The notes beneath the pieces are model-generated. The model made no database searches. It saw only the letters and a list, made by a program, of their open reading frames with translations, and was not told the DNA's origin. DNA of 64,000 nucleotides from Trichoplax sp. H2. Its lineage: Eukaryota. Made by a program: the position numbers and the translations under genes. This document shows, piece by piece, positions 1-14,200 of the stretch; within the stretch, counting starts at the first letter, position 1; the number at the start of each line of letters is the position of its first letter. The stretch covers positions 434,001 to 498,000 of the forward strand of contig NOWV01000025.1 of NCBI GenBank assembly GCA_003344405.1, given 5' to 3'.

Positions 1-588
1 TGCGATAAATTTCAGTGGAAACAAATATATTTATCAGCAGAATAGATTAAGACGAAAGATGCAGACATTAAATATCGTTAAGTTAAATCATATTCTTGTT
101 TAATTAACAATATATGATAATGATAAAAGAAAATCCTAAACATGAGTAAGGTGTAGTAAAGGACGAAAGGTAGAGTCCTTTATAGCTTTTAGTATGTAAC
201 TAGTATTATTTTACTATAGAAAATACCTATAAAGTGACAGTGTCTTCAAGTTTTATCCTACCAAATCATCATGGCGCCGTCTTTTCTTTATCATTATTTT
301 ACAAGGTATTATATAGATTACTAAAGAAGTAGCCCTTGAGCAATCGCCTAATCTAAAGAAAGAGCGTTTGATAGTCCATTCAAATTGTAAATGAATTTGA
401 CTTAGTAACAAAACTCTATCCATAGAGAAAGAGGATTTATAACATGACAGTAAAGTACCGTAATGTAGTCTATAATCGTACAGTTAACGTACAACTTGAC
501 GCTAAAATATCAACTGCCAATACTAAGCGATACTAATGTCAGAAAAGTAGTCGTAGTAGTCATATAAAATTTCTTGACAAGCGATTAC

Positions 589-1540
589 TGTGATCTTTGT
601 AAAATCCGGATTTTTCGGATTCGGATTCCGGAACCGGTCGAATTTATCTGTTATAATTTTTTTGTATTAATTTATTTGTTATAATTTTTCTGTTTTAAGT
701 TTTGGATTTTAGTTTATGGAAAATATCGTAAGGGTTGATTTTTGAAATTTGAACTTTTTGTTATGAATTTGAAACTTTGGAATTTTATGACGTGACATGA
801 AAGTCACATTAGGAAAGTTTAGTTAGGAAATTAGAAAATAAGACGGCAGTTGGCAGAGGTTGTGCTGATTGTTAAGTAGTTAGACTGTTATTTTTATGAC
901 TAAATCTTGGTGCTTAAAGGTTAATTTTTAGACTTTTATAATGTATCAAAGATAGAAATTATGTTAGAAGTGAAGTTTGATGTATTTTATAGTTAACTTG
1001 TTGCCCTTATAGTGTTTTGTAATTAAGGGAATCATAGGGTCAATTGTGTCTGAACTTTGAATGATTTTTGTTTTCTTAAACGGTGCTAAGTAGTTTTCTA
1101 AAATGGATCTTAAGAACGATTGGTTAGCAAATGTTTAATTTTAAATACCTCTGACGGCTCTACGAAGCTGCGATATAAATGATAGTGCAATCAGAAAATT
1201 TAGAGGGAGAGTAGAAGAAGATTCTTTTGAAGAACTTGTTGAATTTTAAAAGCCTTCGGGGTCGAATTATCATAAGTTAAAACGTTCTTCTTTTTGATAG
1301 TTTGTTTGGTTGTTGACAGTCTTTAAGTCTGTCACTTATTTTAGTAATACTTAAAGTTATGTTTTTGTAAGGTTGTTCGGTTTATACTTCTCTCTATTTA
1401 TTTTCTTATAAATTGCTGTTCGATTGTTTCCCCAAATTTTATTTGGTGTTAAAGTTTTTTTTAAGTCGACCGGAGTGCAACGAAAGTAGAATCAAAGTTT
1501 ATTAAAGTTTTGCAGCTTGATCTCTACACTTTTCATTTCA
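589..1540 (+). mobile_element. Possible LTR-like insertion, boundaries uncertain
   Basis: Abrupt T/G-rich strand skew, clustered cgga motifs at 606-637, TG..CA with a possible ttac/ttac 4-bp TSD; no second copy in the window. Confidence 0.35.
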
Positions 1541-2281
1541 TTACAAAGGTCATATATTTTTCTCTTTTAATTTGAAACATAACACGAGGCTACAAGAATT
1601 TCGAAATTTGTATCCGGTATCATCAGATACTACTGCCTTTGGTTTTTATTGACTACGCGTACACTATACATAAATGTCAACGAAACCACAGGTCGATCTC
1701 ATTTAATCATAAGATCAAGTATTTCAGTAAATACGCTATAAGTACTCGTTTTTAACAAATTTATCAATAATATGCACAAAATGATATTTCGGAATCATTA
1801 ATGCTAGCCGGGGTAATAAATAGTAATTATTTTAGTATGTAATACATATTTTAGGGTTACTGTATATTAGATTTGATGGAAGCTATTAATTGTTGTTAAA
1901 ACTATGTTTATAAACATACGTACTAGTTATATGCTAAACTAGGTTATTAAAGTAAGAGACAAGATTAAACTGAAATTAAGAAGCTAAGGTGTTAAAGCGT
2001 TTAATATTTTTAAAATATGTGATTAGGTTAAGACCAATTATATCCATAATATCATATCCCCTGAGCTATTCTTTTTAAAAAAACTTGGTACAAGATAAAT
2101 TAGTTCGATTATTAAATCTAAAAATTTGTAGTATAGCAGGAGCTTAAAACAAATCTTAATACAGAACGGAAGCTTACTTGAGCAAGCAACTAATATTCAG
2201 TTTGTTGGTTTACGAGTAGTTCAGTGATTTAAGAGATGCGCATTAGGAAAATAATGCCATTACAGCTGGCGGATTTCTAAA

Positions 2282-5200
2282 TTATAGTATCTCCACAGTG
2301 GTATTGCGTTTACTCTAAGATCAAAACAAAATCAAATTCTAGTTCATTACCAAAAAAGGAAAGTAGATTACTTTTTTAATAACTAAAATTCAACGATAGA
2401 ATTCGATAATATGATTACAAATTTACTAATCGTTATTAATTACCGGATAAATTCTGGTCATTTGGATACCATCATCTATTGACAGAAGATAATCAAGATG
2501 AAAAGCAGCAATTTGCATATAATAGATCTTATTTAAGATGAAACGATTCTAGACTATCACTATTGGTAGTTAATATACTAAATATCAAGGAATGATATAT
2601 TTCGAATACATGAATTACTTTGCTTCTTAGTACTTATTACTGTTATCCTATTCGAAACTCATTCTTAGTATTTAATGCTTTGTTCCCTATTGATTTTAAT
2701 TTGGGATTACACAATATACCGAAGCATAAAAACTGAAATCTTGTAAAAATTTTGCATATAATTCAGAAAAGTAACGTCAGTTAGAATGATTACCGCAGGT
2801 AGCATCATTATCTTTTCTTGGGAATCATTTACAATTTTGACATTATGATCACTATCTAGTATCTGCATTCTATCTTAAATTTTTTAATTACGGTAATAAT
2901 CAAGAGCACGAATTAATTTAGAATAATAAAGCCATCAAAATAAGCGTATGAACCTTCATAAATTAAATTGCGGTTTGAATCTAGATCCTCTGTTACATCG
3001 AATTCTCTCACATTAGATGTTATCTTCACCTATAATTATTATGTAAAAATTGTTCATATATAATGAGGCATTACCTTAGCGATATTATATCGACAAATTA
3101 TATGAATTAATGTTAGAAATACTGATATTTTTGCTATGAGAACAGTTATATTAACTGACTTTATGATACTGTGACAAATTAAAATTAATAAAAATATTTA
3201 AGGGAAATTATACCTTCGGATGATTGCGGTTCGATGTACTAAGAGCAATGCTTTGAGAGCCACTAGATGAATGAAGGCCTACTCTACGCATAAGATAGAG
3301 TCTCACCTAATTTGATGGAAATGATCGTCGTATAACGTTTTTGAACTTAGTTAGATACAATAATCAAACTTAAATGGTAATGTTAATATGGCGAATTTTT
3401 TATAAGGAATAGGTATATCTAATGCTATAACCATGATACATACTTCAGAGTTATATAAGCAGTGGAATGAAAAAAAGAAGCAACCCTGTACAACGATGAA
3501 GGAATCATTAGTTACTAGTTACGATACTTATTTGATGAAAATGTATATCAAAGTCAAAGTTAAATTATGTTCTCTAAATCAAGATGATAGTTAGTAAGCT
3601 ATAAGAATTGAGAAAGGTGAAAATTATCATTATAATAAACCTGTAAACCATTTAATATTACAAAGATATAAGTGAATGCAACGGTATGACTGTCCATTGA
3701 GAAAATACCAAATATCCAAGTTAAGCCGAGGATAGGTAATAAAATAATAGTAGCCTTCACGATGGATCTAATAATAAATTTATTTTTTCGGAAGAGAGCG
3801 GTTAAAATTACATAAAAAGTAAATTAAATCAATTTAAAATACAGTATAGGCATAGTAAGTACAGTTATCCACTACACCAGTATCAAAAGTTTTTGATCTA
3901 CATAAATTGATTTTACTGTACTTGATTTTTTTTACGCTATAAAATTGTCGACTAGCAGGATAGACTCCGGATTTGTTGGCGGTAACTCGGATCACGAGAA
4001 TCATTACCAGAAAATTTACCTGAGGGTTAGAATAATTCAGTAAAATTAAAATTTGTATTTCGTCTTTAAGACAGGAAGCAGATAAGCGTCCCGGCTAATA
4101 TCAATGTGATATATACCAATCACGAGATTCAAATTTTAGAAAAATAAGGGCTTTATTGAATCTTATACAAAGATTAAGTACACACAGCTCTACTTTAGCC
4201 GAATACTAATACAAAAGACTTCTACAACGAACTAACAGAATAATCTAAAGTTGCATGCTTTTATACTTTTTGTAGCATTCGCAGCTACAATCCGTATGGT
4301 AACCTTTTACCTTATTTGACACATATTTAAATTATTCTTAGTAAGACTATTCTACTGCGGACCATCATTAATCCAGTATGGATACGACTACAGTACTTAC
4401 GTAGATATTATTCACACCAGCCAAAGTACAATGAATTAACGATATCCTAATATATGATTTACAGTTCTATTTTTACCTATAGCCTTATTCGTAACTCAAC
4501 ACCTTACTGTATATAGTCATCTGTACTCTAGCATAGAGTCTCTACCACTACAGTCTATACAGTCTATAGCTATGGCTACCAAATATCTCTTAGGATAAAT
4601 ATCTACCGTACATTATACTAAACATGGCTAATAGTCTACTATCACAATACTAGTTACATTACAATCAGGTAATATAATTTGGTCCATAATGAATAACAGA
4701 AGCTCTACTGGATTAAATTTATTTTCATATCCCTCAAGATGAACTAGTAACACCTATCCATGCATCGGAATAAGCAATCGCAGACTTGAACTAATAATTA
4801 ATCTACCGTTTAACAAATTTTTCTCTTGGCAATATGATCTAATTCTCTGATTTATTAAGTTGAATTTAAGCAAGATCGATAAGTTGAAACAATACCCAGT
4901 TTATTTATTTTCATAGAATACTTAATATATCTGTATAAGCATAACTAAAAGAAAATTTGGGAAATTATTTCAAAATAGGATAGATTGAGGATATCATGAA
5001 TAACAGCGATAAAATTGATTACCGTAACTAAGCATTATGCTCATGTAAAATAAATTAACTTACCAAGATGACAAATAAAGCTGGTCCTGTAAATGCCCAA
5101 ATGAATCCACTGCTAACTGATAGCCAACACCTTGATTAAAGAACATGATCATTTATTGATTTGAAGGGGATGGCTATGATTATTTACTACATTGTCGCAA

Positions 5201-8200
5201 AATTAAAGCGAATGCACTCTAATTATATACTAACGACTACTACACTTAAAGTAGCAGTTTAAAGAAATCAATTAATTTAGCTACGAGTCGCAACTTTCGA
5301 AGAATGAAATTACTAGTAGCCCACTTGTAAAGTAACTTAGTATTGTGATAGTAGACTATTAGCCATATTTACTATGATGTTAGGTTATATCTTTCCTATA
5401 TTTATTTTATGATATATTTAGTAGCCTATGATTATAGACTGTAGGGATAGACTCTATGCTAGAATACAGATGAATATATATAGTAAGGTGTTGAGCTACT
5501 AATAAGGTTAGGGGTAGAAATAGAATCGTAAATCATATATTAGGATATGCTTCCTTCATTATACTTTGAGTGGTAGGAATAATTTCTATGAAAATACTGT
5601 AATCATTTCTATACTGGATTAATGATGGTTCGTTGTAAAATATTGTGACTAACAATAAGCTGAATATGTTTAAAATATGGCAGAATGCTGCTATACTGAT
5701 TGTAGCTGCGAAGGCTACGGAGGGTATAAAAAGCAGGAGACACTAGATTATCTAGTTGTTCTATCTAGAATCTTTCATTAGATTATCTAGTTGTTCTATC
5801 TAGAAGTCTTTCAGCAGTTGTATTCGGTTAGAGTAAAGCTGTGTGCAGCTTGTCTTTGTATTAGATCTAATAAAGTTTTAATTTTCTACAACTTTGAAAT
5901 TTTCGTGATCGGATTATATTACACTACTACTTAAGCTCATTCCACGAAGCATATCACAATCCTGTTCTAAGTTGAGTATGAGCTGCGAGAAAGAACTAAC
6001 TTGCATCCCCAAACTATTTTCTTGTATATACATTCATAGCATACAGAGTCATCGTATAGCTTTAAAAGTAGCAGATCGGACTGTTACTACATCTGGAACG
6101 ATTGCTAATAATATCTTCGATCCAACATATTAGCTACCTTAAATGCTGCCAAATGCTTTAAATAAACATTAAAACTACTCTTATTCTAATTAATTGTTAA
6201 GACAACGCTTATATTATTTTAGAGTATTACGCAAGGATTTCTTATAACAAATTAATGATTGCAAAATAAAAAATAGGTTATAATTAAACGGTAGCTATCG
6301 TACTTTACTTTATTGAAAAGCCATACAGCATGACAACGTCTATAATATTTGAAAATATTTCTAATATCTGTCGGATTAAATGATTTAAAGTACGATCAAG
6401 TTAGCGGAAACTATTAGCGGGTAAATCGATCGTATAACTGTAGCATTGTTTACATCACACTATGATTCTTTGAATTATTGTAGGCTGGAAATCAAATTTG
6501 ACTCGTGCGAATTTGATCTTATCCAACATTACCTATAATTCATATTATACATAATTTTACTAATGGTGTACGATTAGCAAAGCTGACTTACAATTTATTT
6601 AGGCCATATTTGTCAAATCCTATACCAACTGTTATACTAACGGTTATAATTGGAAAACCTACAGTATGTAGCATTAATATCAAACTTCAATATAAAGTGA
6701 CTTAAGGCTAGAATCTTTATAAAAAACATTCAGTGATAAAGCAAGAATAATGAATATATCTGAAGATTGATTTACCCCATCCCATGATATAATATAATTT
6801 TCGCTTGGAGTTTGTATTGAAAACCGTTATAACTTTCAAGTAAAGGTGAATACCTTCAGTAAGCATCCATGAGAACATCGACAACAAAAACACATGCAGC
6901 GCTATAGCTAAGATTTTGCAGAATATCTAAAAGAAAGCCAAATACCTAGCTTAGTTTTATACTAAGTGTAATAAACATTAATGAAAGAAGCGGCTATAAT
7001 TTTACTTAGAAATTCATGTATCTAAAAAATTTTAATTTCTTAACTGGCTATTATTCCAAAAATTATTTAGGGATCATTCAGGAAAGTAGGCAGTATTAAA
7101 AATGAAATTTCCAAGCTATTAGCTGAAGTAGATATATATATATTGTTACATCATTACACTTACATCATTGTTTTTAATAATGCTAGCACCGGTCAAAACA
7201 ATTGCAATTTGAGATAGCAACATCGCCAGAGCCAGGTTAATATGAATTTCATGATGATCAGACATGGTACTAACAGATTGATTTATGAAATCAGGTAAAT
7301 TACGTTAAGAATCCGCAATATTAAACATTTTTTAGTAACTTCTATCAATTTTAACAGAAAAGTTAAACAAATGGCTGATTACAACCTAGGTAAAAAGTAA
7401 ATTTTTAAGACTCTACTAGAAATTATTACTAGTGAGTGTATAACGTAACACTATTAACATAATATATATATGAATCAAGCCTAGTCTGCTTTATTAAATA
7501 ATTCTAATTCGTGTTCTTTATTAATGAATATGATATCCTGGTATATGAAAGTATTGTAATCTAAGAACATCCTTCAAAGCATTTTTTAAATCTATGTATG
7601 AATACAATTTTATTTTACGGCTAATACAATCATAATATCATAATGTCTTAATATAGTGGTGCTACTGCATTCAATCATGTATTTATCTTAAATCAAAATA
7701 ACTGTATTACAATTTTTCTCAATAAATTTGTATTTTGTTATTCTATTTTTGCCTACCGAACCATAGATAGGATAATGATAGACAAAAATAATGCGATAAT
7801 TGAAGTACCAGAGCAGATATATGTTAGTGTATCCAAATTAACTAAATGTTCTTGAGAAATCTTACAGAATAAAGAAAATAGAATAGATCAATAGCTTAGA
7901 GAAATGTACAGTAATTGATATCATAATGGTAATGTGGCAAAGAAACATAATGTAAAGCTCGCTGAAAATAGTCCTGACTATATGATAGCATAGAGTAACA
8001 TAAATTCAAGTTTCATTGGCAAGATGAAAAAATTGAGATTTAATTTATATTATATCTGAAACTTGAATTAGAATTAAAGTAGTATGATTTTTCTACGGCC
8101 TACACTTCAAATCGACTTATTAAAAGTAAATTTACTATAGACAACATAAAATGATGTTTATAAATCTTTATAAAGCCTTTGTTGTTAATTAATTCCTTTC

Positions 8201-11200
8201 TTAGATAATCGACCTAATATATTTTATTCCAATCTTCTACTGTTGTAAACTACTAACCTCAGCTTTTGTAATGCGCATTAATATTGCAAAGTGCGTTAAA
8301 TGATTACATTGACAATGTGTATGTGTTTGGTTCCAATAGACAACGCTACAACCACGATCTGACCAATTTCCAGAGCTAGGATTTGAATACGTAATATTGC
8401 AAATATACCAGTAAGAAATTTATCAAGAAATGCTTGCTTGATTACCTCGCATATTACTGTATCTGATTTCGATTTACCTCTCGGAATTGGCAGCAAATTC
8501 CCAAAATACGCATGTTGGTTGATAAGCTGAAGTAAAATTGGCCTAATTCAAAGTATATTTTAATAGTGGTCTAAGCACATATAACTGAACGTTAAAAGAT
8601 ATTAACATCCGATTACAATTACAATTTCTACTCTTTTTTCATACTACCTTATTAAGAAATAAGGTGAATGTAAAAGGATTGGAATCATTTAGCATCGGTT
8701 TCGGTGTTACGGTGCAACCCAAAATTGCGGAATTTAGATAAGAATCGGATAGTTGATTGGAGCTAAATAAACAGATTAATTTAATAGTGGTGTAAGAAAA
8801 TGCAATATGGAATAGGAAATTGATATATTATATTTCGTACAGATCAAAAAGCAATACTAATTGTAGAAATTATGTTTACATTATAGTACAAACCCTTCTA
8901 TATCTGCATTTGCTATTTGCTTGTTCATGATATATTGTAGGGATTTATATACGCTAACGGAGACGGCTACATTATCTAATCCATGATGCAATTAAGGATT
9001 TAGAAATGAAAATAATTTGGTTGAATTTAGTCACCTAATGCTCTAATATGGAAGTGTATTATAGGCAATTTAATTAACTGCGTCATTTATTGGCTCTTGT
9101 CACGATACAAACCACCTCGAAGAGTAAACGACTAAATTTAGTGGTTAATATTTATATATGGAGATAACTAATAATGGCTTACAGTAAGAACTACGGTAGT
9201 TAGTATTTTGTTAAAGTAAATTATGCTGTATTGTAGTAAGAGTTCTCATAAGATAACTAATGTTAATTAATTGTAGCGTTATATGTCTTGTAACGCTTGT
9301 GATGAATATCCTGAAGATATTCAATTATAGAGGATACTATGAATAATTCTGTGTATGGACATACTGTAACCTAATTATCTAGAATCGTTCAATACATATC
9401 TAAGATTGTGAATAGTTTCTGTATTAATTTAGCTATCCAATATGAACTAAATTTCATGAACTGTTAGGACTCATACATGATAGCAGCTACCGAAGGGTAT
9501 TTAAGCTTGGCAGATAGTTGAATTAACCAGAGTTCTATAGTTGTTTAGCGTAAAAGCAAAGGTGTCTAAATACTTGTGGGATAGTTAAGGAATACTGAAT
9601 CACGGAGACTACAATAATTTAGAGATCTATTTTACGTTAACTTTGTCATGAAGCTGGTTTGTGACAGCTCTAAATAATTCACGAACTAAGCAATATTGAC
9701 TAGATGGAATTATCAGCTGCTTAATGAAAGGTTTACAAAATTAATACAAACGATTTACAAATAAAGTGACTAATTAATCGTGATAACGAAGGCTGGCAAG
9801 CGATAGAAGCCATTATATGTGATTCAACCGTGTAAAATTAAAATGAACTCTATTACTGTACATGGATAAGAGTGTATTTAAAATTGCAGCTTCTACATAA
9901 AATAAGATTTACTTATTCAAGTTTTGTTTGATGAATGTAATCAAACTAGCATTCATGGAAGTAATAGAATTACTAGCTACTAAATTGTAATTTTACATAT
10001 TGAGATCTTAAAAATTGAATTTTAAAAATTGTTGCGTAACTGGTAAAATAAATGTATGATAAAGATATTCCTCCTATCACATTATTATAGTCTGCAAAAC
10101 TTCCTATTATTACTTTTAAATTCTTGGAGAATATTGTATTAAGAAAGACTGATTTAATACGGAAGCTTTACATTAAATAGTTACTCATTACCTGTTTCTG
10201 TGGCAAGATCAGATGGTGGTAATTTCAAGGAATATTTTATCATTGAATTAGGACCTGCGATTTCTGTCGCCTGCATAAAAAATCCGTGATTGATATATAT
10301 GGATGATGATTCTTTGACAATATCCACATCTGTAGTCCAAAGAAGGGGAATCAAACAATTGCTACACCAGCAGACGATACGTACGCGTGTACTCATGATT
10401 CAAAATTTTTGAAATAAATTATAATTGATGCTCTGTAATGTATTCTCTAAAACTATCAGTAGTATAACTAGTCGTATCAAAACTATGCGGTATTAATATT
10501 TTTATTCCACCATGAAATAGATTACTTTCCGATACTGAAAATTAAATGTCTTAATAAAACCACTGAAGAGCCGTCGGCTTACCTAGGTTAGGAGATTTGA
10601 ATATAAACGACTGATTAACGGCTAAAACATGGCTAACAACTTTTGCGACTTGGTCCGTTGCGTTCAAAACATCTGCGGATATTGCAACTTTCTAAATTGA
10701 ATATATTTGTATAATAGGACATTTATATTATTAATTTGATACTACTGAATAGTAGGGGAAAAGGCTATTACAAAAAGTTCAAGCGGCTGTAACCTAGGTC
10801 TTACAGCTATAATTCCAGAAGAAATTACACAATCAATTAGTTACAGCATTACTATCGGTAATTGTTTGCAATCTCATCTTATGATTCAAAATACCTAAAT
10901 ATAACTAAACGACTCAGTATTGCTGTAATTTCAAGTGAATATTTAAGCTACGAATTATTATAGACCTAGTATTCATATCATCGATTAATTACTTTTTCTA
11001 ACGAAGATGTATCAAAATCTTCAGATAAAATTAATGACTATTGTGACAGTAATAAAATTTCCTATTAACTTTAATGAAACCTAGCGTGTATAAATTGACT
11101 TTACAAATGGTATTATTTTACTACAGCAAATATAAGGCTCCATTGCGTCGTAAGCATTTAGAAAACTGAAAAATTTTAGCCTAAGTGTTGGACTAAATTA

Positions 11201-14200
11201 ATGTTTAATAATATTATGTATTAAAGTCAACTGTTACTTCAGCATAGTAATCTAATAATTAGAATAATGTCTAATCAAAACGAAAATGATTTCTTCTAAT
11301 ATAGCTACGATCAAGTGTCTTAAAATCAGAAATGATCAAAATTTGATAATTTATAATGCTCGCTTTATTACACAAACTACTTCTCCAACCGAGAACAAGA
11401 CTAATTATTTCTAAGAGATAAGATCTCCCACTTACATGTACATTCAACTATATTTGGATTTATAATTTCTGATAAATCTAACATCAAATCACTCACATAA
11501 TCCCTGGTATCTAGCTAACTTAATAAGACATTCTTAACCAACGCTACAATATTTACTTTAGCTATTTATCACGGATACGAGCTTAAAATAATCTTAAGAT
11601 TCTAGTTATTCTACAATCTCGCACATACAGTGTCAATCTTACAATTTTACATATCACTTCGAGACTTTTTACAATCTATTGAGCTATTTCTGAGGCTGCA
11701 CTGCAACAGTAGATGCTTACTTAATCGATAGTAGGATCATCGTGATAAAAAGATAGCCTTACCTTAATAGTTTCACGCCATGCATTCAGGTCATGCTTAG
11801 AAGTTAGAATGCTAAGAGTGCTAAAATAAACCTAAATAAGTGATAAAATGAATTCATTTATTAAAATAGATCTTCAACAACAGAAAATTAATATGTTAAT
11901 AACGGTATATCCATGCATGTGCGCTCGTGTTTCATCGTTCTATTTAATGTGTGATAGCTTATTAATCTTTCTAAATAACTGGAAGGACTCAGAATCTTAT
12001 TTGCTGTGCCAATAATACAAATTAGCATTCCGAAAGATTTATACTTGTCTACGTATGAACAGCATCGTAGCCTATTATCTTTATGGGTATTTATCGAATC
12101 TAGTTCATTAAATTGAATGAAATATTTTAATAAAAGATTAAACAATTAATCTACCCTGTCTTACCAACGGTAAAGAATTCACCTTTTAAAAGCTATAATA
12201 ATGTTTGAATGTACTCCTACACCACTATTATACTTAATCTACCGCATTGGCAAATTGCTAGTCCAGTTCATTTGTAACATTTGCAAAACATTAGGACAAT
12301 CATCGATCGCACACTGAGATGGACAACAATGGTGTTAGAAATTAAGTAACTAATTCATTAATTAATAGATAATAAGCTAGTCTATAAAAAAATTTGCCAA
12401 TTAATAAATTAAGCTGTTATAAGGCAAGAAGAATTTAGGTAAATAATTTACATAGGAAATAATCTGCTGCACCATAGAAAAAATATTTACGAAGTTCGAA
12501 GTGAAATTAGAGCATAAAGATAAAGATTGATTGACTAAATTTTATGACTTAGAACTAGATTCGCGTACTATATTGTTACTCTATTTTAACAAGCTTATAC
12601 GAGCCTTTATTTTCATAAAATGCAGTTAAGTAGACATTTATCTTTGACTCAGTCAATCTAATTTCATTGTTATTAATAGAAATAGAACAGAGCAAGCTAT
12701 AGTTAGCCCTAATACAGATAAAAAGCTAATTTTCCGATATGACCATAATTGTCAATGATACGCTGAGATCCGACTTTAGCACACTCCTATCGTTATAGAC
12801 TACTACGGTATATTCAATTAAATTTTAGAGCTAATAAATGTCGCATGAGCATACTTTGTAACCATACTAGCATATACTCTAGCATTTCCCGTCAATAGTG
12901 CATGCATTTTTAACTTCATGGAAAGGCTACTCAATTTTTGCCAGTTATATACCAAGTAAAAACTGTAAATTGGAAACTGACCGATTCAGATGGTATTTTT
13001 GCATCTTATCAGTAAGTGTTTTCTAACTATCCACATCAATAGATAATTCATAACTACAAATTATTTAAAAAAGTAATTCAAGATCACTATTGGATCAAAT
13101 TTCGATTGCAAGTTGTCATTCTTTTACAGTAAAAATCTCTAAAGATAAAATATTATAAGTGAAATCTCTTGATAGATTTTATTGAAACAATACAAATGGA
13201 TAACTGATAAGTTAAAATACCTTGGCATAATCTGTTTGATTTACTGAGTCGTTTAGGTTGACTGGATGATTCAGCTTTAACAATGCTTCCCGTGCAATGA
13301 TTAGATCATCTACATTAATAGTACTATTTGTTTTGAGAGCTTTTTGAAGATCAGTCAGTATAGTAATGCATTGCTTCCTTGTAAAGCTTGTCTGATTCTT
13401 GGAAATCTAATTGAAATAGAATTTATCAAGGAGAGATGCCTATAAGAAATCTAAAAGGCAATAGGAGCGATATTGTACTCAACCTGATTGTAAACATATA
13501 AAAATTCTGCGGAAATATTGCTTGTATAGGCAGCGACGGTTGCAGGCATATAGATCGCTCTAGTGAATAATTGATAGTTATAACACAATTACTGTGCGAC
13601 CAAGAAATTAAGAAAACGATTATAGCTTCCTTTCAAATATCAAAAGTTAATACATCATTCTAGAACTCTCTGAAAAGAAGAAATATGGAAATCGATACAA
13701 TATCGTACATTTGTGGGGATACATACTCAGTACTGGTAATGTTTGCTTGTGTAGGGACTGATGTTGTCAGTATGTTCACTGATGAGATTGGAACCGGAGG
13801 GCTACTTGAGGTATTTTGGCTTTGCAATAATTTACTGTTTATCGAAGACATGGAGTAGATACTTTTCTGCTTGATTGTAGATTCAGATATAAGCAATAAA
13901 TTCGTAGAAGCAGCTTGCGATGTTCTGGCATAACTTAAATTTGTCGCACTAATGCTATCATTTGGATGGGTTGTAGCAGAGTATGTAGTTAATACGGCAA
14001 CTTCTAAACTACTAACTTGGAAATGTGAAGTAGGTGTCAAAAACTCCGGTGCTCCATTTCTTTGACTGCTTTCAACAGGGAGTAAAATATCTCTGCTTCT
14101 ATCGCTTGCAGAAGTAGGTGAAATGACTACAGTGGCATTAATATTAGCGTTAGTAGACTGTATAGAATCGAACATACTAATTTCACTATAGCCCGATGTC

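Noticed and set aside
2794..2856. Possible extra tail exon in paralog 1
   Set aside because: It is 62 nt and frame-shifting; the flanking exons join in phase without it, as in paralog 2.
4807..4904. Apparent stop-containing ICL3 exon suggesting paralog 1 is a pseudogene
   Set aside because: The true intact exon is at 3922-4019 (VNFLVMILVIRVTANK..), with correct phases.
8296..8496. 66-aa ORF over the GPS region
   Set aside because: Wrong frame and spans an intron; the GPS is encoded in other frames of two exons.
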